From Chrysomallon squamiferum (lineage: Eukaryota; Animalia; Mollusca): a stretch of DNA of 64,000 nucleotides. The notes beneath the pieces were generated by a model. That model saw only the letters and a list, made by a program, of their open reading frames with translations, was not told the DNA's origin and made no database searches. Location of the stretch: contig CM022672.1 in the NCBI GenBank assembly GCA_012295275.1, positions 33,790,001-33,854,000 on the forward strand, given 5' to 3'. Below, piece by piece: positions 42,950-56,652 of the stretch (positions within the stretch are counted from its first letter, which is position 1; each line of letters starts with the position of its first letter). A program made the translations under genes and the position numbers.

Positions 42950-43463
42950 TTCAGATGTGTTCAAGTTCAAGCATTAGAACGTGCGACCTGCCTAAGACAA
43001 AGAAAATTGAGAGAGAAGAGAAAAAAAAAAAGAAAAAAAGCGACAGAAAAGTCTAGTCGCGATGAATAATCTCTGCAATGCTTATTGTCGAACAAACAAA
43101 CGACTGCGCTTAACGTTAAAGAAAAGAGTCGAGATCACGTGACTCGATGTACCGACTGCGGCTGTGCGTCAGGTATCGTCTGGAAAATGTAACGGTTTAC
43201 GTCGTCGAAACCGGTGTCGCCCAAGCCGTTCTCTCAGCTCGCGCGTTGTTGTTGTTGCGATAAAAAAATGTTGTTGTTGTCAGTGTTTTAACGACAACAC
43301 CCAGAAAGATATGATTTGGGATACTCGGATGTGTGTTTGATCAGGCGCAGTACAAACAGGTGTGGGGGTGTTTTTGTTTCTGTGTCTGTTTTCTCGGTAT
43401 AAAACTGTCGTCTGCAACTGTCGAGTCGTGTCTAGGATAAAAAATAAAAAATAATTAACGACC
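42950..43463 (+). promoter_or_regulatory. CpG-rich promoter/5'UTR of the plus-strand gene, with an E-box TCACGTGAC at 43135-43143
   Basis: High CpG density directly upstream of accATGg; the E-box sits inside a near-palindrome TCGAGATCACGTGACTCGA. Confidence 0.65.
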
Positions 43464-43499
43464 ATGGACTTACTAAACGAAGGAAACGCGTCAAACGAG
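43464..43499 (+). CDS. Coding exon 1 of an unidentified plus-strand gene (MDLLNEGNASNE)
   Basis: Strong Kozak context accATGg at the end of a CpG-rich promoter/5'UTR, then 12 codons and a consensus donor GAG|gtaagg (phase 0). Confidence 0.75.
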
Positions 43500-43569
43500 G
43501 TAAGGAATTTGTAGATCTGTCTGAAAGACGTTTATCATAATATGTTTCTCTAAAATTTCTTTCTTTCTG

Positions 43570-43603
<34 letters not shown>

Positions 43604-44493
43604 AAAAAATTTTTTTTTTTTTTTATTGTTATCTTTTTAAAATTTCGTTTTCTGTGAATGCGTGTATATATATTATTATTATTACTAAAAATATATTTTT
43701 ATTTTCTTCTTCTTCTTCTTCTTCTTTTGGATAAATAATTAAGATCAGGTCCTTCCTTACAATACGGATGGGCTCGGATACACACAGTCACGTGCGTGCG
43801 TACCAAGGTTGCAAAAAAATAATCAAAAGAATATTCCTCCAGCGTGTTTTCTTTTATTATTGTTGTTGTTGCTGCTGTTGCTGTTATTGTGCAGCTGTCG
43901 TTGTTATTGTTGTTATCGTCGTTGTCGACGCTAAATGACGTTTTCGTCCTCATTTGTTATTAATAGCTGAGCCGATCGTAAATTGTGTTGTGATTCAAAA
44001 CAACAACATATATATATATATGGCTGTCTCCAACTTGTATTGATCCGATCATTTTCAGAATGTTATTACCAGCTGTTTTGCAATTTGTAACTCTTTTTTT
44101 TTTCTCTCTCTAAATGAATATTTCTCTGTTCTGTGTTGACAAACTGAGAGAAGACTGAGTATGGCAAGCGCGAGTATTTTGTAAAGCACGTGCATTTTTA
44201 TAACTTTCTGCACGTGCTGGCTAATAATATAAAGGGGCTTACTGCCAGAGTAAAATTAGTTGATCGGAATTATTACCTCTTTTTTTCTTTTCGGTTTTTT
44301 CGTTCATTCTTTGTTTCTTTCTTTCTTTTTTTCTTTCTTTAATTTTTATTATTATGTATAATTAGCCTGTATGTTTTATTGTATTTTTGCTACTAGAAAT
44401 ATCATCAATGGGAAATTTAAATATTTTAATTATCAATATGTTTCTGCGCTGTCATATACATATATATATGTGTCTGTGTGTGTGTGTGTGTGT

Positions 44494-44524
<31 letters not shown>

Positions 44525-44525
44525 T

Positions 44526-44578
<53 letters not shown>

Positions 44579-44984
44579 TAGGTCTATATTCATATATATA
44601 TATTATCTTTTTCAAAATTACCTACTTCATTATAAAACATTTTACTTATAAAACCAAGCATACAGCCATTTGTAGATAATAAAACGCTGCCTGCCTGTGT
44701 TAAATTAGGCAGTGATTCCTTTCAGCAGCTAAAGTGTGGGCTGGCTCAGTCTATTGTGAGAAAGGGCGGCCACACTCAAACAGCTGATTTCTATTTAGTT
44801 ATTGCTTTGCACCGAATTACTCCTTCTTGTGAAGCTGATACATTATATCAGAATGTTTGTAGATGTTTTTATCTGTTGTTGCTTTTAACGTATTTAGTCT
44901 TACATCTTGTTTGTAGGTTTCTTATCTGTTGTTGTTGCCTGTATGTGTCTGCAGATCTTGTAAAACATTAAAAAAAAATTATTG

Positions 44985-45080
<96 letters not shown>

Positions 45081-45621
45081 CACACACATATGTATCTTTC
45101 TAAATATTAAGGTTGATGTATATTATTGTCATAATTATTCATTTCTAACTATATAATGGTATGTAACAGAAAATAATAAATGAAGCTTATTATTATTATT
45201 ATTAATATTATTGGTATTTAAATTAATCCAGTCTGTGCAGATAGTGTGCTATTCTAATTGGTGTAGAAACTAACTAGATACAAAGTTTAGGATATTTTAT
45301 TCCCAAATGTGCTACCAGCAAAAGGACATTGCATGTGGGAGGCCAAACTCTGAAATATTCATTTTGTTCATTACTGTTCTACTGTACAGTTCCTCTTTAT
45401 TACTATTACTGTTGTCTATTATTGTCTGTTATGATTGCTGTTCTAGTTGTTGATGTTGGTGTCATTGCAGTTTATTATTATTATTTTTTTATAGTTTGTA
45501 ATTGTTTTTTTTTTTTTTACCTGATTATTTTATTTTATTTTTATTTGGTCTTATTGTATTTAAGCTCTTAAGTTATCTGATTATAATGTGTATTTGGAAT
45601 GATTATTATCAGTATCATCAC

Positions 45622-45674
<53 letters not shown>

Positions 45675-47989
45675 ACACTGTTGTCATTGACATCATTTTT
45701 TTTTTTTTTTTTAAATATGTATGTATTTGTTTATTTATTCATTTATTTACTTAAATTTATACATTTTATTTTATTTTCTTCTGACATTGATTAAAGACTG
45801 AAGACAAAACATTTTTAAGGTCATTCTGAGTAACTGATACAAGTGATTTACATAATCAATTTACTAGTAAAATAAAAGTTCTGAATTGTATCAACAGCTG
45901 CCTTTATTATTATTCATAAAATACAATTTACTTTATTTTTCTTCATGCTGTTGTTGTTATTACTATTATTATTATTATTATTTTTATTTTTATTATTATT
46001 ATTATTATTATTACTATTATTATTGTTATTGTTCTTGTTATTTATTATTTATTGTTATTATTATTATTATTAGTAGTATTATTATTATTATTTTTATTTT
46101 TATTATTATTATTATTATTATTTTTTTATTATTATTAGTATATTATTTTTATTTTTTAGGTTTTATTAGGGATAAAGTAGTCAATAAACCAACATTTTGT
46201 TTATTTCATATACTTGATATATCACATCCCATATGCAATAACACAACATGTATAAATTATTATTTGATTCATTTTTAGTCATTTTTTATTTCTTTTATTA
46301 CTGCTGTTTATTTTTAATTACTGCTGAACTTATTGTTTTTGGTGTTATTATCATTAGTAGTAGTAGTAGTAAAATTACTGTTATTATTATTTTCTTGTGA
46401 AAATTGTTGTTTTTATTATTATTATTATTATTATTATTTCTTTATAATTTTTTGTTATTATTATTGTTGTTGTTGTCAAAGTTATTATTTAAATTTTTTA
46501 TTTTTTATTTTTTTGTGCTGTGTAACAAATCGACATTTTTTAACTGGTTCATTTCATATATTTGATATGTCACATAGATTATCATATAGGTAATAACCAC
46601 ACAGTTATGATACACTTCATATAGATCATAAATGTGTATAACTGGGTAAATAGCTTTCTGATGACTGTTCACTGTTGAAGGTGAAATACCAAATGAGTTT
46701 CAAACTCACCTCTTGCTCACTTCAATAATTGTATGCCTGTTTAATACACTGTTTAGTGTCCACTTAAATATTTTTGTTTCAGACTTGTTTTTCATGCCAC
46801 ACACTTCAGAAGAATTTAATAATATAATATAACCTTGCACTATAGACCCAAGGAAATAAATCTGTGTTGTTTGTAAGAACAGAAAAATCTGATTTGATGA
46901 TTTTTAACTGATTCCAGATTTTATAGCTAATTTGGAAATGTGAACTGATGTTAACAGATTTGGTTTTGTGTAATTACTCATTGATTATTTAGAATAGCCA
47001 ATAAATAACAGAATTGGTTTTGTATAATCATTCATGGTTTATTCAGCATATTGAATATATAATTAATTTTTTTTTTTTTTTTTTTATAATCATTCGTGAC
47101 TTCATTTGAAATTTATTTGTAGAATTCAAATAGTTAAAACAAATTTTTTGTTTTGTTGTTTATTCATTTATTCATAATTCAAATAGCAAATTTTCTTTGT
47201 ATTTTTATTCATGGCTTATTCAGAAAACTGAATATAAACCATGTCAACTGATTTGGTTTTTGTTATAATTATTCATCATTTATTCAGAATAAACAAACTT
47301 AGTTTTGTACATCATCCATGTCAGTATTTATATCGTCTGTTGAACAAAAATATTATTTTTATGACTTAAGTGTGTCAGACTGCTATTTTCAGAGATAATT
47401 GCAGTGATACAGCTGAAATCTGTTACACATGAATGAACACATTACATGTTCTCTTTTGTTGTTGCATATAAATCCATTGTTAAAATGTATTGTTGTTATG
47501 GAAACTGAATCACATTTTCACTGATTTTTCAAGAAATGTTCAGTATCAGGTTTATCTTGGTTGTCATATATTTAACTTAATGATATATGTTATGTGTTAT
47601 AAGAAAGAAAATTTGAATAGAAATTTGACCAGACAAGTTTAGGAGCATATTTGGAATGGGAATTAATTTGATGCCTTTTCGTAGTCAGTTTGTAATAATC
47701 AATGTGTGTGTGTGTATGTCAGTGTAATCAATGTATATATGAGTGTTTATATATTTACATATATATATATATAGACACACATATACATATATATACTACC
47801 ACACACAAATCACACATATAATGATTTCTTTTCTTATATTTTTCAAAGAAAAGAAAACAAAAAAGACATGTACATAGAAACCTATTGAAAGCATTTGTTG
47901 GGGAATCACTTGACACAAATACCCACATAATTTGAAAATGTCACTGTAAAAAAAGAAAAGCAAGACAGTTATATTTTCCCCAGTGACAT

Positions 47990-48914
47990 ATCGGTGTTAA
48001 CTAACCCTCTACCAGTTGAATACCGCTAATACCGAACATGAACGTGCCCAAGTTAAGCTGTCCAAACACTGGGAAAAGACTTCCAAAGACATCCGATTGT
48101 GCTGGCCACAAAGAAGTAATGTGGCACAACTGACAGGTCAAAGGGGGTCCCATTAGACGCTATTACATTAAGTATCAGGAGGGCAAACAGACATTGGAGG
48201 TATCACAGTTTTTTTTGTTATGGGTCACCAGTTCAAAGCCTCTGATTGCTGTGCTCTGAGGCATGTAATTGAATGAATAATAACCTGACAAAAAATAATA
48301 AACATTAATTGATGTGTGACTGACTGCAACAAATGGGTCACCTATTCAACCTGCTACATGTTGTTTTGTTTCTCTTTTGAAAGGAGGAAGGAGGTAAAAA
48401 ATTATGTCTTTTTTTTTTTTTTTTTTCTCGGAATTAGGATAGTGTACGAGTTTTTGTGATGAAGTGGTCGCTTTTAGATTGAAAAGGTAATTAGTGTTTT
48501 TGTGTTAATGAAAGGTCTGAGTGAGTGCAAGCTGGATTCATCACTGGCACACAGACTGAAAATGTCACAACAGGTAAGTAAGTACAATCTGGACTAATTT
48601 CCCATTCAAGACAGAAGCCCAGAATCCCATTATTACAATTTTACACTGTATTAACAAATATCGTCAGTAAAAAAACAAAAAAAACAACAACAACATATGA
48701 TTTTATTTCAGAATGGAAAGAATCAGAATTTTTTGTCTCATTCATTGCCTGTGTGGTACTTATTTCCTTGTGATATACTGGTTTTTAATTAACTATCTGT
48801 TGGTTGAATACCACTAATACTGTACAGGTACTTTGCCTAATATAGGCTGTCAAAGTACTTGAAAATATTGATCTGTTCACAAATAAGTAATATGGCATGA
48901 CTCAAATGTCTGAC

Positions 48915-48915
<1 letters not shown>
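47990..48915 (+). repeat. Two diverged copies (about 47990-48140 and 48795-48915) of a dispersed repeat starting GTTGAATACC(G/A)CTAATAC, possibly a Tigger-like 5' end
   Basis: Visible direct similarity between the two copies. The start CAGTTGAATACCGCTAATACCGAAC resembles Tigger-type TIRs. Confidence 0.4.
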
Positions 48916-48977
<62 letters not shown>

Positions 48978-50039
48978 GTATATAGCTTACACTTTATTAC
49001 TGCACATTTTTTCTGGACAAGTTTTAAAATAAAACAAATAATAAAAAGTAATGAATGAAGCAGTATTTAACAGAAACATTTCTAAATCTGTTTTCTGGTA
49101 ATTATAGTTTTTCTAGAAGCCAGATGAATGGTCTGATAAATGTATAATTACAACAAGACTTTTTTGTTATTATTAAATTAAAAATATTTTCTGTCTTACT
49201 TTTTATTTTTTTTTTTTTCTTTTTTTATAATGTTTTTAAAATTAGAATAATTCTGGTATGTTATGTGTGTTTGTATGTGTGTATAATATATATATATATA
49301 TATATTTATATAATTCTGAAATAATCTTTAATATTTTATTTTATCATTTATAATAAATATAAACTTTCTGCCATGGTCAGATATAATCTGAACATTAAAA
49401 ACGTTTTTTTTTTTCTTATTTTAGATATTTCTGTGATGTTAGATAAACACAGATAAAGTTATCTCTTTCTAAATTTAATTGGGGATTTAAAAATAAAATC
49501 TCAAACTTGCAGAAATATTTTATTTCATGTAAACATTTCCACATCTTCTTTAAAAAAAAAAAGAACTAAAGAGTGGAAATAAATAAAGAATTAATTAATT
49601 TTGGAGTTTACTGTGTGGTTTTTTCCCTGCATGTTAAGAATGTAGATTTACCAGTTTAATCTTTTTACATTTGTACTGTACCTGACTTCTGTCCAGTCAC
49701 TTCAAACAGAGGTAACAAGGTGTATGTTTGTTTTCATGTCTTTTTTTTCTTCAGCGTTTTCTTTTTAATCTTTTATTTATTCCTTCTCTCTTTTATTTAT
49801 GGGTTGTTGTTTTTTTCTCTCTCTCTCATCTCATCTCTTTATTTTTATTTTTTTCATCTCTTTTTTTTTTAGTTTTTTTTTTTTTTTTTTAATTCCTTAT
49901 TTTTTTTTTTTTTTATGGCTTTTTTAGTTTGTTTCAATTCTTTTTATCCTGTTATGTTTGCATGTTTTAAATTTATTATTATTTTTTTTTGTTCTTTTAT
50001 ATTAATTTCCTTTCCATTTCTTTTACTTTTTCAAACTTG

Positions 50040-50151
<112 letters not shown>

Positions 50152-50381
50152 GTTTCTTCAAACATTGTTGTAGTTGTAGCTGCTGAGTGTGAGGCAGGGG
50201 TCAGTGATGACTGAACAATTCTCAGAATGTTTCAGTTTGCGATGAAGTAAACACTTGACAGCAATGTGCTGCATGTCATTGGAGGAGTGGTTGGAATGTG
50301 ATCTTAAAACTTTCTTTTTACAAACAGAGAAAAAAAACTGAGAAATGATGGAATATAGAACTGAAAGAATCAGGTGATAGG

Positions 50382-50608
<227 letters not shown>

Positions 50609-51376
50609 TGTGTCTTTATTTATTTGTGTTTGATTTAGTGTATATTTTTGAAAAATATATTTTAATTCTGTTTTCTATACTCTAATTTTTTTTATATCAT
50701 TATAATTTTAATTAAAATTAATAAAATTCACCACTCTGGGACATAAAATTAATTAAATAAAAAAAAAGTCTGTTTATGGAAGCTTGAAATGACATCCAGC
50801 AGTCTGAATTATTACCTGTGCTCATCCAAGTGGAACCGTAAACATTTATGACTGCATATCGAATCAAGTGAATCATATTCGCAGATTATTCATACACTTT
50901 ATTATATCTTCCATTGTGCAAGGGGCATTTCAGCCAAACACTGATATTGATCCATGGTACATTTCACCTTTCTTTATTACTAATTTATTAATACCTGCAT
51001 TAACACACCTTGGCAGATTTGATCATTTACCTTGACCTTTTACCTGTAATAACACCATGCTGTTTTTGAAATAGTAATGACGTCTGTTGGTGCTGTTGTT
51101 TGTTTTCATTTCTGTTGTTGTTGTTGTTGTGCAGCTCAGTCTGAATGGCTGTTTTGTTGTATTTGGTGCATGGTAACTAATACCACATGTTGCCGAATCA
51201 TTCAGACACATGTTTATAGGTTTTTATTACAGGCTTTTATTTGATCCAAACATTATAGAGCTATGGTTGATTTATTTTTGATATATACATATTTCTTTAT
51301 GTATAATATTTATTAATAATCATTATGCTAACCTTTTTTTTCTCAATAAAATATCAAGAAAGTAAAAGTAAAATAT

Positions 51377-51420
<44 letters not shown>

Positions 51421-51579
51421 TGTTTTATATTTTATTTCACTTAATATTTTATTTATTTCATTTCCAGTGATTGTTTAAAAAAAATTGTTACTGGTACTGA
51501 CCCTAGCTAATAATAAAGTTTGGCAACTCCAAAGACCTTTTTTTGAAAGACAGTGTGTGTGTATGTGTGATTGTGTGAT

Positions 51580-51649
<70 letters not shown>

Positions 51650-53094
51650 GACAATATTGCTAATGAATTAGTTAGTCATTCTTTCACTTTCTTTCTAATA
51701 TGGAAATACATTTCATCTTGGGGAAAAAAAAAAACATTTCACACCACAATCGCTTGTGGGTAAGAACTAACTACCTGCCAAATATAAATATTTATATGTC
51801 ACGATTTGAAATGTCCTCATCTACATTTCGGCTTGCTGTGATGTATCAAATCTGTTACCTCAGGTGTGTGTAATATGTTATTTATGAGCATTTATTACCT
51901 GCCTCACCTGTCTAGTCATTATGAGTACCTTGATTATGAGGACCTGTGGTAATTAAAATTCTCCAGTTTCTGGCATGATCAAAACCTGAAGGCAAAACAC
52001 TGTATCCAGTCATCTTCAGTTTAGAATTTTGTTTTAAAACACTGTATCAAAACATGGTAATATAGTTTAAATATGTGTTGTTACATTGTTTAGTTTGTTT
52101 TAAAACAGTTAGTAGTATCACTGTTTAGAACTTTGTTTTAAAACACTGTATCAAAACATGGTAATATAGTTTAAATATGTTACTTTGTTATGATTATTAT
52201 TATTATTAATGTTTAGAACTTTGTTTTAAAACACTGTCCTAAAACAGTGTTTTATGTTACTTTGTTAGAACAATGGGTAAAACTTTAAATATGATTAATC
52301 TTTAGAATTTGTTTTAAATTGCTCTAACCATTGTTTGTTTTAAGCAAATTTAGTTGATTTTACAACAGAATATAATACAGAAAATAACTTTATTTTAAAT
52401 TCATACAAATGTGACTGTTTTAAAAGTTATATAATAAAATAAATAAATAAATTGTTCCAAATAAACTGTTCTATCATTTTTTTATAATAATAAAAATAAA
52501 TAAGTAAATAAACTGTTCTATCATTTTTTTCCCCTTAGAATACAACTTTTATTTTAATTCATGGAGTATATTGACATGACTGTTTTAATATTTATTTCAC
52601 AATCTATAATAAAAATAAATAAATTCTTTTATCCCATATTATTTTAAACCATTCTGTAGTGTTAAGCTCTCCATGATGTTATCTCCCACTGACCCCCATT
52701 CACCCCACCCCACCCAAAATACAAAGACACACCTTAAAATAAAAAAAATAAAAAATTTAAAATCCTTTTTCTAAGTCACTGCTTTAAATACGTTCTTTCA
52801 AAAACCTTTCTAAAAATACAAGGATCTTATGTAATGCGACAGTAAATTTACTTTCAGATTTCCGTTCTTGTGTGTTCTTTTCAGTATGAATGTTAATAAT
52901 ATCAATAGCAGAATGAAAAGCCACTTGGAAATACCTGCCAACTGTGCTGTATGAGAAAAGCTGCTCAAAGGCAGTTTTTATTTGTATATGAAAGTCTCAC
53001 AATGTGCCAGTTCTTTATTTGGAAACAATAAACACAATGCACCAAGTGCCAGCCACACCCAGATCACATCCACATGGCCCAGGATTTAATATTC

Positions 53095-53880
53095 AGCGTA
53101 TAATACTGTCAAACAGTGTATAAATAGATGTGTAATATGCATGTAGTTAATACGTTTTTGTATAATACTGTCAGTGTATAAATAGATGTGTAATATGCAT
53201 GTAGTTAATACGTTTTTGTATAATATAGTCAAACTGTGTATAAATAGATGTGTAATATGCATGTAGTTAATACGTTTTTGTATAATATAGTCAAACAGTG
53301 TGTAAATAGATGTGTAATATGCATGTAGTTAATACGTTTTTGTATAATATAGTCAAACTGTGTAAATAAATAGATGTGTGTAATATGCAAATAATACTGT
53401 TAATACGTTTTAGATGTGTAATATGCATGTATAATATAGTCAAACTGTGTAAATAGATGTGTAATATGCAAATAGTTAATACGTTTTTGTAAAATACTGT
53501 CAAACTGTGTATAAATAGATGTGTAATATGCAAATAGTTAATACGTTTTGTATAATACTGTGAAACTGTGTATAAATAGATGTGTAATATGCAAATAGTT
53601 AATACATTTTTGTAAAATACTGTCAAACTGTGTATAAATAGATGTGTAATATGCAAATAGTTAATACGTTTTGTATAATACTGTGAAACTGTGTATAAAT
53701 AGATGTGTAATATGCAAATAGTTAATACATTTTTGTAAAATACTGTCAAACTGTGTATAAATAGATGTGTAATATGCAAATAGTTAATACGTTTTTGTAT
53801 AATACTGTGAAACTGTGTATAAATAGATGTTTGTATGAAGGTAGTTAATACGTTTTGTAAATAACTTTATAAATAGATAA
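53095..53880 (+). repeat. ~60-bp satellite (TATAATACTGTCAAACTGTGTATAAATAGATGTGTAATATGCAAATAGTTAATACGTTTTTG)
   Basis: About 13 tandem copies; explains the periodic ORF 53291-53779. Confidence 0.95.
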
Positions 53881-54207
53881 GGAAGTGAATACATATTAAT
53901 ATTTTCATATATTACAAAACTCTTTTACACTAACATTAAAAACCTCATGAATATCTTGATATTTATATTATAAAGTGTTATACAAATATTAAAAACATCA
54001 TAAATATCTCAATATTTTCATATATTATAGACTGTTATACAAATATTAAAATCATCATAAAATATCTCAATGTTTTCATATATTATAGACCCTTATACAA
54101 ATATTAAAAACTTCATGAATACATCAGGAAATTAATATATCCTAATATTAAATGCATTATACAGGGAAAACAGATTTACAGAGTTGTAGTATAATTTTCC
54201 ATTAAAA

Positions 54208-54400
54208 TAATCTTCATTAATATATGAATACATTCTTATTTTTCATACACTGATACATTATATTGCACAAACACAGAATGGAACAGAATAATACATTTTA
54301 ATATCTTCATTAATATATGAATACATTCTTATTTTTCATACACTGATACATTATATTGCACAAACAGAGAATGGAACAGAATAATACATTTTAATATCTT
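54208..54400 (+). repeat. Near-perfect ~93-bp tandem duplication
   Basis: ATCTTCATTAATATATGAATACATTC...AATAATACATTTTAAT is present twice in tandem. Confidence 0.9.
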
Positions 54401-56457
54401 AATTTTTATATGTGTACTGTATTATTAAAAAAAAAGAACACTATATATTATCTATTTGTTCATTAATTTTGTTTTAATTGAATGAATAATAACTGACAAA
54501 AAAATTAACTGATGTGCAACTGCAACAAATGTTATGTATTATTTTTATTTATCTTTTTATTATCTGATTTATTTACTTTGTTGTTTATTTTATTTACTTA
54601 TTTATTTATTTTTTTATTTTTTTAATTTGTTTGTTTATTTATTTATTTATTTGGTTTGTTTGTTTGTTTGTTTATTTTACATATATTGATTTATTTTTGG
54701 TACATGTTTGTTTATGATAATTATTAATAATGACAATTCTATACTTTTTCTGGATATTTTATTAAGAAAGTAAAGTAGAATTTTATATCTATATATATGC
54801 ACACACACACACACACACACATATATACACTCACACATAAACACACATACACACACACACACAAACACACACATACACACATATACACACACACACATAT
54901 ATACACACACACACATATATACACACACACACATACACACACACACACACAAACACAATGTCTTAAAGAAAATACAATAATGCATTTCAAATTTAAATCT
55001 TTTTATATTAAAAACAATTAAGGAAATCAATAGACTGGGTGTGGTCGTGTTTTGAGTAATGATTGAGTCAGTGAAAACCACCCATGGCTCAGAAAATCTG
55101 GCAACAGCTGCGTTACAGCTTAACCTAGGATGTAACCGTCCATTGGTTACATGGTCTGCGTTTGATCACACCAGTCGAGGAAGTTGTCACAAAGTTAATT
55201 TATCACCACACGGTAGATATTAATATTTATCTTTCACCAGGCGGGCGATATAAGTACGGTATCATATATAACAAATTTTTTTTTTTTTTTTTTTTTGATG
55301 GTCACATCTGAATTATTTATAAGGAGAGACATGATTTTTAAGTAGATGATGCTGTAAATGTATTACTGTGGTAAAAGGCTTTGTTGGGTTGTAGTAGCTG
55401 CATGGCTGTGGAAGTAGATGGTGTTGTGATGTACGATGTAGTAGATATATGTCTATAGAATTAGATGCTATTGTGATATATGATGTTGTAGGTGTATGTC
55501 TATAACAATAGACTGTGTTGTGATGTAGTAGATGTATATCTACAGAAGTAGATGGTGTTGTGATGTAGGTGTATGTTTACAGAAGTAGATGTTGGATATA
55601 AGTCTACTGACGTCAGCGATGTAGTAGATGTATTTCTGTAAAAGTTGATCTTGTTATGTAGTAGATAATGACTTCATTATTATAACTAACTTTAATCTAT
55701 CAGAAAATGATTGAGATTAAGCTGTCAATTTTCCAAGTTCCATTTACATACATCATTACAGGTTTGTGATTTGACTTACATAATCCAGATTCCTTTCTCC
55801 ATGTAAATAGTTCAGACTGATAGACTGCTAATTTAGTGATAAACGCATTAAGATTTCAACTGTTAATTATGACCTAATCATCAGGCTAATATAAGTGTGT
55901 GTGTGTGTGTGTGTGTGTTGTGTGTGTTTCTGTGTGTGTTTGTGTTTTGTGGGTGTGTGTATGTGTGTGTATGTGTGTGTGTGTCTGTGTGTGTTTGTGT
56001 TCTGTGTGTAACTTTGTAACACATTTAAAAAAAAAAAATTGATTTGCATATTTTTCTGGTTCTTTGTGTCTGTGTGTATGTGAACGTGTCTGTCTGTCTG
56101 TGAGTCTGTGTGAGTTTAATTATATGTGTAAGGCGAAGACAGTTAAATTAATGTAAATGCTCTATTGTCAGTCTAATAAGCTTAAACAACTGTGTGTGTG
56201 TGTGACAATTAACCAAGTTGAAGAACGTCCCAAAGGTGATCACACACAAATTATGCACAGACACGCAATGCACTGTTGATCAGTTAAGTACACATGCACT
56301 TTGCAACTCCCAGAATGCTTTGTCATGTCTCCATTGTTTAATGTTCAAATGTTATTGTTTGTTTAAATACAGAAAGCAAAAATATGTTACTGACTGTAAA
56401 ATATTTGAGATAAGTAAATAATATTGTTTAAAAATTATAGTACTTAGAGAGGTAAAC

Positions 56458-56652
56458 CTACCACTACACTGATGTCTACAACTACTACCTCAACGTTAAG
56501 ATATATTACTACTACCACAAACCCAGATATATGTAGTTATGTAGTTATATATTTCAATGTTGAGGTAGTAGTTGTAGATGTCAGTGTAGTGGTAGAGCTG
56601 TATATGTACACTGGCATGTACAACTACTACCTCAGCATTGAAATATTTAACT
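56458..56652. repeat. Three-armed inverted repeat (A-A'-A) with a let-7-like central arm
   Basis: 56458-56506 and 56547-56595 are a 49-bp inverted pair with 5 differences; 56607-56652 is a third copy in the first orientation. Confidence 0.9.

Noticed and set aside
53291-53779. 162-aa repetitive ORF
   Set aside because: It is a by-product of the ~60-bp satellite, whose units contain indels.
56561-56582. Canonical let-7 gene
   Set aside because: The sequence differs from let-7 after nucleotide 11, the partner arm is a near-perfect complement rather than let-7-3p, and I saw no mir-100 or mir-125. It is kept only as a let-7-like finding.
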